From the human T2T-CHM13v2.0 reference genome, Homo sapiens: a stretch of DNA of 64,000 nucleotides. Position numbers and translations under genes: made by a program. Position 1 is the first letter of the stretch; every line of letters starts with the position of its first letter. The stretch lies in the NCBI RefSeq assembly GCF_009914755.1, contig NC_060937.1. One strand, given 5' to 3'. Shown piece after piece: positions 46,472 through 60,816 of the stretch. The notes beneath the pieces are model-generated. The model was not told where the DNA came from, did no database searches, and was given only the letters and a program-made list of their open reading frames with translations.

Positions 46472-47449
46472 CTAAAACAGGAGCTGAGAAACAAACGAAG
46501 CATGGGTCAGAACTGGGGGTAGCGTAGGGAAAAGAGTGGCCGGAGCAGGGCGTGGTGGGCCAAATGAAGCCGGCAGCCTTGAGGACTAGAGGAAGCTGGG
46601 TGGTACTTAAAGGGACAATGAACCTTTGGTGGCAGGAAAGTGGCCAGAGGCCAGAGTGCCTTGTGCCAAGGTGAAGGACAAAGTGAATGCCCCAAGGCAG
46701 GCACTGGGAGCCGGTGTGCCAATACCCGACATTCTCCAAATCCACAGCAGTGTCCTGATCTCGGGAAGCCTCTGCAGGGAGCCCTCAAAGCATGGCTGCG
46801 TGCATTTCCTATGGGCTCTTTTACTCTCTCTATACCTCAAGCTTTGTCTTTGAACAAGCTGAACGGTCTACACTGGATCCTGAGAGCAAAATGCCGTAAA
46901 GTTGCAACTTCATTCTTTTCTTCCTTCATCCTTCGGGCAGGGCGCTTTTGCTGTGTCTTTGTGTCCTCTCTGGGTGGTGGATGCAGGGGGATGAGGACCG
47001 GCTGAGGAGTCCCCCTGGAGCCCTTGAGGGAGCTTGGAACATAGACAAGTCCCCCTGGCTGTTCGAGGCCATTTCACCTTCGCCAGCGGTTCATCCCTGG
47101 GGCTTGGCAGCAGCCTTGCTCAGCGTTGGTTGCCTTTTCTGAGCACTGGCCACTGCTGTGGCTGGTAAAGGCATTTTGGAAGTCCTTATTACGCCCGCCA
47201 GCTTCACCTGTCCCTAAAATTTTGATCCCTAAAATTTTCCTCACTTCTTCAAACAACCCCCAAATGTTGCTGCTTTTCATAATCTCAGATTTTTCCTAAC
47301 TCTTCCTCTCCTTCTTTCCTTTGCAGCACAAAATGCCCACGGGAACCACACCCCTGACATCCATCACCACCCTTTCAACAGTGGCCCTCAAACCTGTCTG
47401 GAAAATGATGACATCTGAATTATATCATTTATAAATCATTTATATAATA

Positions 47450-47476
47450 CCAAAGTGCTGGGATTACAGGCGTGAG
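47450..47476 (-). mobile_element. Isolated 27-nt Alu left-arm fragment
   Basis: ccaaagtgctgggattacaggcgtgag matches the Alu consensus exactly, with non-Alu flanks. Confidence 0.85.
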
Positions 47477-47809
47477 TGGGGGCAATTTTAAATTAAGAAA
47501 ATTCTATCGATGAACATAGTCTCCCGTCCCCAAATGGGGATGGAGGGATGATGAAATCCTGGCAGTGGAGCCCCTTGTGCTGCTGTTGGGAGGTGGCAGT
47601 ATTTTAAGGAAGAAGTAGAAAGCGGGTGAGAATAACATGGATTGAGCACCTGCCATTGACCAAGGCCGGGGCTTTAGAGTTTTCACCCAGGAGTCATTGC
47701 GGGTGGGCCCAGAGGACTGGAGAGAGTTAAAAATGGCCAGCGGGTCCCTAGGAAGCTCCAGGCCAGCATTTTTACACCCTGGAGGAGAGCTGAGAAGAAG
47801 CTGGAAAGG

Positions 47810-48020
47810 ATAATATTGTAAGAGCTAACACTTATAGTGCTGATTATGTTACACCAAGCACTGTTTTAGGTGCTTACGTGTATTAATTTGTGGAATCCTT
47901 GCAACACTGTGTGAGTAGGTGTATTTGAATTATCTCCATTTTACGGACGATAAAACTGAGGCACAAAGAGTTAGCTAGTCACCCAAGGTTACTTAGTAAA
48001 GGTGGGATTTACACAAATTA
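47810..48020 (-). mobile_element. MIR
   Basis: ccattttacggacgataaaactgaggcac...cacccaaggtt. Confidence 0.75.
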
Positions 48021-48918
48021 TGCTTTTTCACTGCTGCCTTACACCACCTTGCTGAGAACTTCTCCACACGCCACCAGTGTGCTGGCTCATGAAGTCGTGT
48101 GTGTGTGTGTATGAATGTATGAGTGTGTGAGTGTGTGCCTGTGTGTGAGCTTGGGGTGAGCAGGAAGCTCCAGTGGTGCTGAGACTGTTTTACTCACTGC
48201 TTTGTCCTCGGCACCTAGCACAGTGCTCAGGAAATGTTTGTGGAATCAATGCAGGAATAAATACACTTAGATTTTTCCAAGTACAGGCTCCTGTAGCTCC
48301 TTTGTTAGGAGCTATTTTGCGGCTGTCATTATGGCCCAATTTTCTTTTTTCATTTGGGTGAAAAATGATTTTGGCATTTAAACAGCATGACTTCATTATT
48401 GATTTTTTTAAAAAATCTGCCCCTACTATCAAATTCCCCTCTTGGCATTTTGTTACTCTGGATATATTTAGAAACATCTTTGTAGTGTTCTCCTTCGTTC
48501 TTTTGTATCTAGGATGCATTTTAACAAGGAGTATTCTATGTATGCAAAATTGTTGTATTTTTATTTTTGTTTATCTCCTGCAGTCCATAATAGAGGTTAA
48601 GAGTATGCCATTTTGATAACAAAGAACTTTCTTGCTATCTTTTTGATTGACTGAATAGGCAAAGGAAACACCATAATTGTGTGAAATGGTCTGATTTAGA
48701 AACCAATTATAAGGAATGTAATTATCTACTAATGAAATATGCATGTAAGTCCTTGGTTTGCTGCTTCTAATGTCACTGTAGACAAATGCATAGCCAGGAG
48801 AAAACTTGCATAAAGTAAATTGAAAATCACCCATTTCCAGATTATTACTGAAAATCTCCTGACACCTAACATCTCAGAACCAAAAAGAATACCTGCTTTT
48901 CACCTGCAAGTGTCTCAC

Positions 48919-49197
48919 TGTGTGTGTATGTATATGTGTGTGTATATGTAACATGCATGTGTATATGTGTATGTATTTGTGTATATATGTGATACGTATG
49001 TGTTTATATGTGCATATGCATGTAATATGTGTATGTGTGTACTTGTGTGTGTATGCATGTGCCTGTATGTGTGTGAGTGGGTAAGTGTGTGCGTGTATAT
49101 GTGTGTGTGTATATGTGTGTGTGCGTGTGTGTGTCTATGTGTGTGCACGTGTATATGTGTGTGTGTATGTGTGTGTATGAGTGTATATGTGTGTGTT
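48919..49197. repeat. ~280-bp imperfect (TG/TA)n tract
   Basis: Almost continuous purine-pyrimidine alternation. Confidence 0.95.
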
Positions 49198-49849
49198 GGG
49201 GGGTGAGTGGGGTAGTGGGGGCTCAGACGGGGTGTTTTCTGGTCAAACCTTAAGGTCCACAACTACCCCTTTCTGTCTACTGATAATTCTTGATGATTAA
49301 ATCCATAGGTTTCTCTGGGCTACAAAGCCAGAACTCTAAGGTCCTTTTTTTAAATTATAAGAACGAAAATAGAAGAAATTCCCTTTGGTTCTCTTAGGAA
49401 ATGCATGATTGAGAAACAGCCCGTTGTCCTCTTCAGTTTTCATATGCCGTGCACAGTGAGACAGGGGAGCAGAGCCCTGGGAGCCGGCGCGCTCTCGAGA
49501 CGTGGACTGTCGCCCCGGGGAGAAGACAGCAGACTGTGCTTCTGAGCTTTCGCCCTCTCCTTCCCCGGCAGAGGCGCTTGTGAAACGTTTGCTACAGTTG
49601 GGGCAGGATGGAGAAGGCAGGGTCAAGCTGCACAGCCCCAGGGCAGTGGTGCCATTCTCCATGGTGCTAACAGACTGTGAGTGGGATGCTGAAATTTTAG
49701 GGTCCCATTTCCCACAGACGTTTGCCTTGCTCATGGCTGTGGTATAAGAGCAAATTCTCCTTATCCTAAGCCAACCAAGCTTGCTTTATTAAAATATCTT
49801 TTATGCCTTCTTGTCCCCACTTCACTGCTCCAGTCTCTTCACTTCCTGA

Positions 49850-50007
49850 ATTTTGTCAATTCTAAGACACGTTTGGGTACATTTGAGCAATTCGAAGTGG
49901 GGATGCCTCTTACAGTCAATGCTTGTCATAGTTTAATTGGCAGCCTTGGGACATAACATAATGGTATGCTTTATAATCTATGGTGCCCTAGGTTTGATGA
50001 AATATGA
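49850..50007 (+). mobile_element. MER104-like Tc2/mariner MITE
   Basis: tcaattctaagacac...gggatgcctcttaca...gtttaattggcagc...taggtttgatgaaatatg. Confidence 0.6.
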
Positions 50008-50639
50008 CAACTCTATGGGCTTTGCAAAACTGTCTCCCTTTCGAGCCTTGTCATATGCTACTGCTTCATACAAACTCTGTCCCGAAGGATGTTTTGTGAT
50101 GACTTGTGTCCCTGGAATGCACTTTCTTCCCGGGCGATCTTTGCTCTGGTTTTTCTCTGCCTCTGACGCTTTCTATTACAGCTTCGTCTCTGCCTATGGA
50201 AATCCGTCCTCTTCTTCAGGGCCCAGCTCAAAGGCTCATCACCACCTGGAGTCTCCCCTGATGATCTCATCCTGAAATCATCCCTTCCTGCCCTAAAATC
50301 TTACAGGGATTTGCTTGTGCTTCCTCATGGCATTTAGAGGCCTTTAAAAAACTAATGATCAAATTATTTATCTTTCTTAATAAATTCTTATCCTTATCTT
50401 TCTTGGTATTTGGAAGCAAATATTACATTTATATTCTCAAACAGTTGATTTTTCATGGACAATGTGGTAAGGAATGTTGGGCAAAACTCAACTCCAATTC
50501 AGATGGAATATCTGTGTCAATTTTATGCAAAACCTTTCTTTTTTTTTTTTTTAAAAAAAACCACTTTTTGAGTTATGATTGAGATATAAAAACCTGTACA
50601 TATTTAATGTATACAATCTGATGAGTTTGGAGATGAGTA

Positions 50640-50929
50640 CCATCAGCCTTCCAGATCTACAGTTTCTGCATCTGGGGATTTAACTAACTCGAATCAAAAA
50701 TATTTGGAGAAAATATATACAAATAATACAAATAAAAAGCAATGCTGTATAGTAACTACATAGCATTTAGGTATTATAAGTAATCTAGAGATGATTTAAA
50801 GTGTATGGGAGGATGTGCTTAGGTTATATGCAAATATTATACCATTTTATATCAGGGACTTGAGCATCTACAGGTTTTGGTATCTCTGGGGGTCTTGGAA
50901 CCAATCCCCCTCAGATATTGAGGGATGAC

Positions 50930-50931
<2 letters not shown>
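50640..50931. mobile_element. MER2 (Tigger-derived), inserted in an antisense L1MB 3' end that resumes at ~53390
   Basis: gggaggatgtgcttaggttatatgcaaata...ttttatatcagggacttgagcatc...ggaaccaatccccc...gagggatgactg, preceded by TA. Confidence 0.88.
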
Positions 50932-51939
<1,008 letters not shown>

Positions 51940-52503
51940 AATTTGGGGGCTTTCCCGGGATTGCCCTTGTGGTTACCTGACCATGGTTTGGTAGCCCCTC
52001 TCTGGCAATAGATCCAGAGGCCAGCCCAAGTGGCTGCCTAGTTCTCTTGAACTGGGGGCTGACTCTGCTACCATCTCCATCCATGGGGCACTGCCGACCC
52101 AACGTATATGGATTTAATTGCAGTGGAGAAATAGTCCTGGGGAAACATCCCATAACTGGCCCTATCACAGGGTGTGTCTGTCTGTAGCCCCATTGCAGGG
52201 TGTCTCTCTGTAGCCCCATGGGGGGGTGTCTGATTTGTTGAGTATTGTAGGCGCTGCCCACAGCCCCTTTCTTCTCCAGATGTTGGCCTCTCTGGAGGTG
52301 CTGTTGTCTCTTGGTAGCCTCTTGGGGTATCTGTCTGCAGCCCCATCATGAGCTGTCTATTTGTAGCCCCGTTATAGGTGTCCATAGCTGTAGCCCTGTT
52401 ACAGGGTGTCTTATTGGACAGAGAATAGGGGACTTGTTTGGAGGAATACTCTTGGTTTGAAACTGGTTCTGGAATTTGTGTCTTGAAGGCCTTCTGTTCG
52501 TTT

Positions 52504-52545
<42 letters not shown>

Positions 52546-53155
52546 ATATGTGCGGAGGGGAACCCTGAAGGAATTGCTGATGAACGAACGTCCAGCAGGC
52601 CTAACTCAGGGTGACTGCTCTTCTATCTTGCCTAAAGATGCCCATTGAGTCTGTGGTGGGAGGTTATCTCTCCCCACTGTGAGTGGATTAAAGACAACAG
52701 GGACCAACAGGAGACGGTTTGAGCCTTGCCAGATATTGGGTGCTGAACGAGGTGACTAGTGTCTGGTTTGTTACGTGTATTTTGCCTCGGCTGGGATGAA
52801 AAATGTTAATTCGGTTCCCCGTGCAACCTGCTGGGCAGCATCTTGCAAAAATAAGAATCTTTTGCCTACGGTTCCGTAAAAGAGAAAAGAGTGATTTTCT
52901 TTTATAAAGTGGTTTGACCTCTATAGCTATGGCACAGGGAACTGGGTCATCAAAAGCCGCTTCGTTCTTCTGGAAGCTGCAGAGAAGGGGAACCTGGAAA
53001 CCTAGTATGCAGGCAAAAAGGGTAAGAATTTCTTACCAGACAAATTTCTGGTATTTCTCTCTCTCTTTCTCTCTCTCTCTCAATCTCTTTCTCTGTCTCT
53101 CTATGTGTGTGTGTGTGCTTGAGTGCAAACAGTAAACAACACTGTTTGTCTCCTC
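51940..53155 (+). mobile_element. ERV1 internal leader (HUERS-P1-like), non-coding, with ~25-30-bp tandem units and (TG)n/(CT)n tracts
   Basis: Follows the LTR and PBS. Repeated gtgtctgtctgtagcccc units at 52160-52410. Confidence 0.7.
51944..51961 (+). other. tRNA-Pro primer binding site
   Basis: tgggggctttcccgggat matches the canonical tRNA-Pro PBS TGGGGGCTCGTCCGGGAT at 15/18 and lies just after the LTR's terminal CA. Confidence 0.75.
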
Positions 53156-53386
53156 TGCAAAGGCAGACTGGTCCCCAGGCAACAAGGGGGACTTTTTGGG
53201 AAAGGGTTATTATCAATTCTGTTTCAGAGTCAAACCATGAACTGAATTTCTTCCCAAAATTAGTTCAGCCTATGCCCAGGAATGAACAAGGGCAGCTTAA
53301 AGGTTCGAAGCAAGGTGGAGTCAGTTAGGTCTGGTCTCTTTCACTGTCATAATTTCCTTAGTTATAATTTTTGCAAAGGCAGTACA
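53155..53386 (-). mobile_element. Inverted copy of the first ~240 nt of LTR8
   Basis: Reverse complement aligns with 50930-51174. The ORF track shows near-identical spurious peptides on opposite strands (50852..51034 - and 53282..53467 +). Confidence 0.9.
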
Positions 53387-53596
53387 CCATATATCTGTGA
53401 AACCATCACCACAACCAATGCCATAAGCCTCCTTCAAAAGTTGCCTCTTACTCTATTAATATTTTAATGTGAATCTTTCCATTTAAGGCTCAATTGGAGG
53501 ATACAAAAATATAAGTAATTAAGAATATTTTACCCTAAACATCTTATTAATTTTTCTAAAAATTCCAGATATATTTTTTCAAATTAAAAAATTTCA

Positions 53597-53956
<360 letters not shown>

Positions 53957-54444
53957 CTAAGCCTTTCATTTTTGGCATTGATGGGGACAGGGAACTAGCC
54001 CTTATTCTGAGGGATTTGCCTTAAATGCCAGGATGAATGTTTGGGTTCAATTCTCCTTAGCTCTGAGAAGCCATGGAAAGTTTTGAAGTGAGGGAGGTGG
54101 TTGAGAGTGACACCAGTTGGGTGGGGACTGCATTTTCCCCTGTCATGGCCATGGGAAGATGAGCATGGCACCAAGTCAGCCCACAGTTAGCGCTTCGACT
54201 GTGTGTCAGGGAGAGGAGGAACGCACGTGTTTGTGAGGAATGCATACCTGGCACCGGGCTTTCCATACTGTATATAAAAATGAGTAAAACTTTGGACATG
54301 TCCTAGGTTAAAAGTGTCAAATGTTGAGTCTGAATAAACCGAAGGATGGGACCACAGTAAAAGTAGATAAATAAGATAGAGACATAATTTTAAGAGACCA
54401 AATGAGGAGTTCAATTAGGCTCCCCAAGGAAATCTGTACTGTCT

Positions 54445-54950
54445 TGTGAACCCCAAAATATCTGAGTCAGGTCTCAATCAATTTAGAAAGTTTATCCTCA
54501 GGAGGTCCTGACAACATGTGCCCAGGGTGGTCGGGGTACAGCTTGCTTTTGTACATTTTAGGGAGACATGAGACATCAGTCAATACGTGTGAGATGTACA
54601 TTGGTTCGATCTGATCTGGAAGGGTGGGACAACTCGAAGTTGGCAGAGAAGAGTTATTATCAGTAGAAAGGAATGTCTGGGTTATGACAGGGGGTTGTGG
54701 AGACCAAGGTTTTATCATGCAGATGAAGCCTCTAGGTAGCAGGCTCCAGAGAAACTAGATCATAAATGTTTCCCATCAGACCTAAGGTCTGTGTTGATGT
54801 TAATGCTGGGGGGATCTAATGAGGCGTGTCCACCCCCGTCTTTCATCATGGCCTGAGCTAGATTTTCAGGTTAACTCTGGAATGCCCTTGGCCAAGAGGA
54901 GGGATCCATTCTGATAATTGGGCCTCTTAGAATTTTACTTTTGGTTTACA
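54445..54950 (-). mobile_element. MER4A-type ERV1 solo LTR
   Basis: TG...CA termini, caggaggtcctgacaacatgtgccc and ttagaattttacttttggtttaca. 4-bp TSD gtct at 54441-54444 and 54951-54954. Confidence 0.88.
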
Positions 54951-55924
54951 GTCTCGGCCTTAGATGAAAAACTTCTTTAAGCTATTATCAGCATGTCTGC
55001 CTCAGTGTGAGTGAGTTTCAGTTTTCACAGAGCAGGTTTTAGAACAGCAGGAGTGGGGAGCTCTCTGCATCGCTGGTGTAGGGAAAGGGTGGCTGGGGAG
55101 GAGGCTCCTTCCCCATGAGCCCAAGGCTGCCCTGGAGGAAGAGTCAGGGCCCAGGCCTGCTCCTGTTTTCCTCTGGGCAAGGGTTATGCCTGCTGGGTGA
55201 CCTGCAGATTCCTGAGAAGCTGAGTTCCATCTCCAGCACCTCCCCTGCAGGACACACAGTGAGTCAGCCACTGTCAGCCTCTGCTGGGTCTGAATGCTGT
55301 GAATAAGGTGGCCTTTGCAGCCACATGCCTTGCACGCACCTTCATCAGCCCTCTTTCCACAAGTCTTACTTACACCTGTGATGCAGCACATAAAGAAAGC
55401 TGGGTGAGTCACCGAGTGTCATGGTGAGAAACGGACTTTTTGTCATTTCTCCTGGAGACACCAAGAGTTAATATTGCATGGGCGTTGAGGCAGCCGGTGT
55501 CATCCGGCAAATAAGTATTCCAGTGTGTTCTCACTCCCCCATCACTCAAGATTCTTCCCTGCAGGAAACTCGCAACCAAACAAAAGGGTTGTTTTCTTAC
55601 TCCCTTAGGTGACAGCAATATTGAATCATTGCATCGATCTGTCTTCTTATGGCTGGCTTTGTGTCTTTTAAGTGAGAAAGGGATACACAGCCTAACTGCA
55701 CATCTTAAGAGCTTTGCCTTGTTTTTCAGAGCACGGCATGGCAATGGTAACAAGCATATACTGTCCACAGAAGGCGTTGTGGTCTCCCCACGGAACGGTT
55801 TATTGGCAATGCAATTTTCTTAATTCAGCTCCAAAGCAATTAAACATATTGAGCATCTGTTATGGGTAGTCTCGGGGCAGGGAGGGGGAGTGCAATAATG
55901 AATAAGAAATCATCGTTCACTGAG

Positions 55925-56340
55925 AGTTTCATTCATTTCTTTATTCAACAAATCCCTGTTCTAGGCACTGGTGACACCACAGGGAATAAAATAGAAAAAG
56001 TTCCTGCCCACATGTTGTTTTATTATAGCAGGGGCAGGAAACACCATCATAGCAGGCAGTGATACGTCATAGGAAGCAGGATGGTCAGAAAGACTTCTCT
56101 GAAGAGGCGGCATTTGGGTAGAATTGAATACCTCAGTGAGTGAGTGTGGGTTACCTGGGGGAGGAAACCCCTAAGTGAGGGCAGAGGCCTTGAGGTGGGA
56201 GCCTGTCTATTATGTCTGAGGAACAATGAGGAGGCAGTGTCGCCAAGCTTAGGGAGCAAGGGGAGCTCTGCAGGCCATGAAGGTCAGAGAGCCAGGCCAG
56301 ATGGTGCAAGGGTTAGGGGCCACTTACGGACCTGGATTTT
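55925..56340 (-). mobile_element. L2 3' fragment
   Basis: ttcattcatttc...ctaggcactgg...ggtcagaaagacttctctgaagagg. Confidence 0.7.
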
Positions 56341-57473
56341 ATGTCATTTCAGTTTAATTTTTGCATTTGGGTTTTTTATTCTTTTTTTAGCATATGGGAC
56401 TTTGAAAAGTAAAACTTTTTACTGAAACATAACCAACACAGAGACATACAAAATCCTCAATGCATAGACACAGCACTTGTGTCTGTGTTACACTTGTGTA
56501 ACCAGTGCTCAGAGTGAGCAATCGAATTTCACCAGCGCCCCCACCCTAGTGGCCTGTCTCAGTCACCCTCCCCTCCCCACGGAGAGCCACTATCTGATTT
56601 CTAGAAAGATAGACTGAGTCTGAACTTTATGTAAGTGGAATCATACGGTATGTACTCTTTTATATCTGGTTTCATTCATTCAGTATTATGGTTGCGAGAT
56701 TCTTTCATGTTATGGGTTATAACTGTTCATTCTTGTTGCTATTTTCCAGTGTATGAACATTCCACAGTTTATTTGTCTATCCACTAGGGTTGTTTCCAAT
56801 TTTTGGCTAATACAAATACAGCTTCTAGGAGCATTCATGTATGTGTCTTTTGGTCTATATATATGCGTTTCTGTTGAGTATAATAAACCTAGAAGTGGAA
56901 TTGCTGGTTCGTGGGCCATATATGTGTTCAACTTAGTAAATATTGCCAAATATTTCCATAGCGCTTGTATCAGTTCACTCCCACCAACATTAAATAAAAG
57001 TTCCCATTGCTCCATATTCTTGTCAGCACTTGGAATAATTTGTAATGTTTGTTTTAGCCATTTTGATGTATATGTAGTGGTATTGCATTGTGATCTTAAT
57101 TTGCATTTCCCTGATAACTCATGAAGTTAAGCACCTTTTCATATGTTTGTAGGCCATAATTAGGAAATCTACTTTTGTGAAGTACCTGTTCAAATCTTTT
57201 GCCCAGGATTTTTTCTGTTAATTGACCGTCTTTTAAAAACAGGTTATAGGCATTCTTTGTGTATGCTGGACATAGGTCTTTGACTGGATATTTATACTGC
57301 AAGGAACTTCTCCCACTCTGTGGTTTGCATTTTCATCTCTTAACGATATCTTTTAGGGGAAAATTTCTTGATTTTAACATAGCTCATAGGTTTTGATGAC
57401 AGGCCTCATAAGTAAGTTACAGGGTAATACTGGCCTCATAAGTGAGTTGGGAAGTATTCCCTCATCTTCTAGG

Positions 57474-57787
57474 TTTTTTTCTTTTTCTTTTCTTTTTTTT
57501 TTTTTTTTTTGAGATGGAGTCTTATTCTATTGCCTGGGCTGGAGTGCAGTGGCTCAATCTCGGTTCACTGCAACCTCCACCTCCCGGGTTCAAGCGACCC
57601 TCTCTCCACAGCCCCCTGAGTAGCTGAGACTACAGGTGTGCACCACCATGCTTGGCTAATTTTGTATTTTTTAGTAGAGACAGGGTTTAGCCACGTTGGC
57701 CAGGCTGGTCTCGCACTCCTGACATCAAGTGATCCACCTGCCTCGGCCTCTCAAAGTACTGGGATTACAGGCGTGAGCCACTGCACT
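57474..57787 (-). mobile_element. AluS
   Basis: Antisense Alu inside the L1. Confidence 0.93.
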
Positions 57788-59739
57788 CTTCTCTGTTTTT
57801 TAAGAGTTTGTTAAGAATTGGTTTGAGTTCTTCAAATGTTTGGTATAATTTCAATGGTGAGGCCATCTAGGCTTGAGCTTTTCTTTGTGTATAGTTTATG
57901 GATTACTAATTTAATCTATTCACTTCTTATAGATCTATTCAGATTTTGTATTTCTTTTCAAGTCAATTGCAGTAGTTTGTCTTTCTAGGAATTTGTCCAT
58001 TAATCATCTAAGTTATCCAAGTTATTGGCATACAATTATTTGTAGTATTCCTTTATAATCCCTTTTATTTCTGTAAGACTAGCAGTAATGTCCCCTCTTT
58101 TATTTCTGTTTCTAGTAACTTGAGTCTTCTTTCTCTTTTTTTCTTGGTCAATATAGCTAAAGGTTTATCAATTTATTTGATGTTTTTGAAGAACCAGGTT
58201 TTGATTTCATTGATTTTGTCTGTTATTTTTCTATTATTTTCTTTCATTAATTTCTGCTCTGATCTTTATTATGTCCTTAGTTTTGCTTGATTTTGGTTTA
58301 TTTCGCTTCTTTTTCTATGTCTTCAGGTAGACGTTTAGGTTAGGTTATTGATTTTAGATTTTTCTTCTTTCTTAATATAGGCATCTAGAGTTAAAAATTC
58401 CCTCAAATCACTGCCTTCACTCTATCCCACGAGTTTTGGCATGTTGTGTCTTCATTTTCATTTAGCTGAAAGTATTTTCTAATTTCTGTTTTGATTTCTT
58501 ATTTGACCCTTTTTTTAATTGAGAAATGTATTCTCTTATTTTCACATATTTGTGAATTTCCTAAATTTCTTTCTGTTACTGATTTCTAATTTCATTTAAT
58601 CATGGTCAGATTATATGCCTTATATTATTTTTATTCTTTTGAATTTATTAAGATTTGATTCATGGTCTAGCATATGGTGTATATGGGAGAATGTTCCATG
58701 TGCACTTGAGAAGAAAGTATATTCCATTGTTGTTGGGTGTAGTGTTCTATAGATGTCTGCTGGACCTAACTGATTTATAGTGTTGTCCAAATTTCTATCT
58801 CTTTTCTCATTTGTTGCCTAGTTGTTATATCTATTATTGAAAATGAGGTGTTGAACTCTCCCACTATTATTGTTGAATTGTCTATTTTTCCCTTCATTTC
58901 TGACAGTTTTTGCCTCATATATTTTGGTGCTGTGATATTAGGTACATATATGTTTATAATTGTTATATCTACCTGATGGATGAAACTTTTTATCGTTATA
59001 AAATATTCATGTCTGTTTTGTCTGATATTGGCATAGTCATTCTAGTTTTCTTGTGGTTTCCGTTTGTATGATATATCATTTTCCATCTTTTTACTTTCAA
59101 TCTATTTGTATCTTTTAATCTAAAGTGTGTCTCAGGTACGTAGCTAACATATAGTAGGATTTTTAAAAATCCAATCTGACAGTCTCTGCCTTTTGATTAT
59201 ATTGTTTAATCCATTCACATTTAATGTTTCTAGTTGGATTTACATCTGCCATTGTACTTTTTTTCTATGTGTCTCATGTCTTTTATTCTTCAATTGCTTC
59301 TTTACTACTTTCTCTTGCATTATTTAAATATTGTCCAGTGATATATTTATGTTTCTTTAATTAGGTTTTCACTGTGTTTAAAAAATTTCTTTACATTGGT
59401 ATCTCTAACACTTACCATATTCACCTTGATTTATCAGAATCAGCCTCTGATTTACACTAGCTAATTCTAGTGAGATATGGAAGCATTACTTCTGTTTAGC
59501 TTTATTCTCTTCCCCTTCTTTTGCATTATTATTATTATTATACGTGTTACATTTATTCACATTACAAGCCCAACAATATATTGCTATAAAGACTTTATCA
59601 TTTGTAATCATTTTTATACAGCTTTGCTTCCACCCGCCTCCTTTTTTCTATCATTGACAAATATATTACACAGAAATACATTACATTATGGAAATTTAAT
59701 ATAGATATCACATTTCTGTATGTTATGGGTTCAATAATA

Positions 59740-60816
59740 TGAGGAGTCTTCACAAAATTCGTGGAAAATGAATATTATGAAAAACTATGCATAGGTTTCA
59801 AACTTTTTTTGTACCAAAATAAACTTGTATTAATGTTTTATTAATGTCTGAATAGGATGTAGTTTGAGTTGATGTTGAAGATGGAGACCATGGTGCAGAC
59901 TATACACATCAATTTTTGGTGCCCTAATTTATGCACCAATTGAAGATAACTAACAATAATACTACAAATAATGCCAACACCACAGACATCTCAGTTGGTT
60001 CAGCTTACACAATTCTGAAGGAAGAATTAATGTTGAGCAAAGTTTCCCCTTGATGGGTGCCAAAACTGTTGTGCCCACACCAGCTGCAGGCAACAGAGCT
60101 TTCGATGGAAATTTTAAACAAGTGGTATCAAGATCCTGAAGCATTTCTTTGAAGAATTGTAATAGGAGATGGAACATGGCTTTGCCAGTACTATCCTGAA
60201 GACAAAGCACAATCAAAGCAATGGCTACCAAGCGTTGGAAGTGGCCTAGTTAAAGTAAAAGGAGACCAATCAGAGCAAAAGTCATGGCAACAGTTTTTTG
60301 AAATGCTCAAGGTATTTTGCTTGTTGACTTTCTGAAAGGCTAAAGAACAATAACACCTGCTTGTTATGAGAGTGTTTTGAGAAAGCTAGCCAAAGCTTTA
60401 GCAGAAAGGTGCCCACAAAGCTTCACCAGAGTCCTTCTCAACTACTATGAATGCTTTTGTTCATTCCTCTCATCAAACAAGGGAAGTTTGGGGAGAGAGT
60501 TTTGATGGGAAATCATTAGGCATCCACCTTACAGTTCTGATTTGGCTCCTTCTGATTTCTTTTTGTTTCCTAATCTTAAAAAAGTCTTTAAAGGGCACCC
60601 ACTTTTCTTTAGTTATAGTGTAAAAAAGTGGCTCTCAAGTAGGGACATGTTTCACTAACCAGGGACTACAGTTCTTTAAGGATGGACTAAATGATTGGTG
60701 TCATCACTTACAAAGTTGTCTTGAGCTTGATGGAGCATATGTTGAAAGGTAAAGTTTATACTTTTTGTTTTTATCTTTTAATTTTATTTTCCCATTAACT
60801 TTCTGAAGGCCCTTTG
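59740..60816 (+). mobile_element. Hsmar2 mariner transposon, internally deleted, with transposase pseudogene
   Basis: TA-flanked TIRs (tgaggagtcttcacaaaattcgtggaaaa ... ttttcccattaactttctgaaggccctttg). Transposase remnants IVIGDGTW...PEDKAQSKQWLP (60156) and HPPYSSDLAPSDFFLFP (60521), with stops and frameshifts. Confidence 0.9.

Noticed and set aside
48915-49262. His/Thr-rich and Cys/Val-rich ORFs
   Set aside because: Translations of the (TG)n microsatellite.
52160-52410. Possible CRISPR-like repeat-spacer array
   Set aside because: The units are degenerate and abutting, lack unique fixed-length spacers, and lie in an ERV leader in primate DNA with no cas genes.
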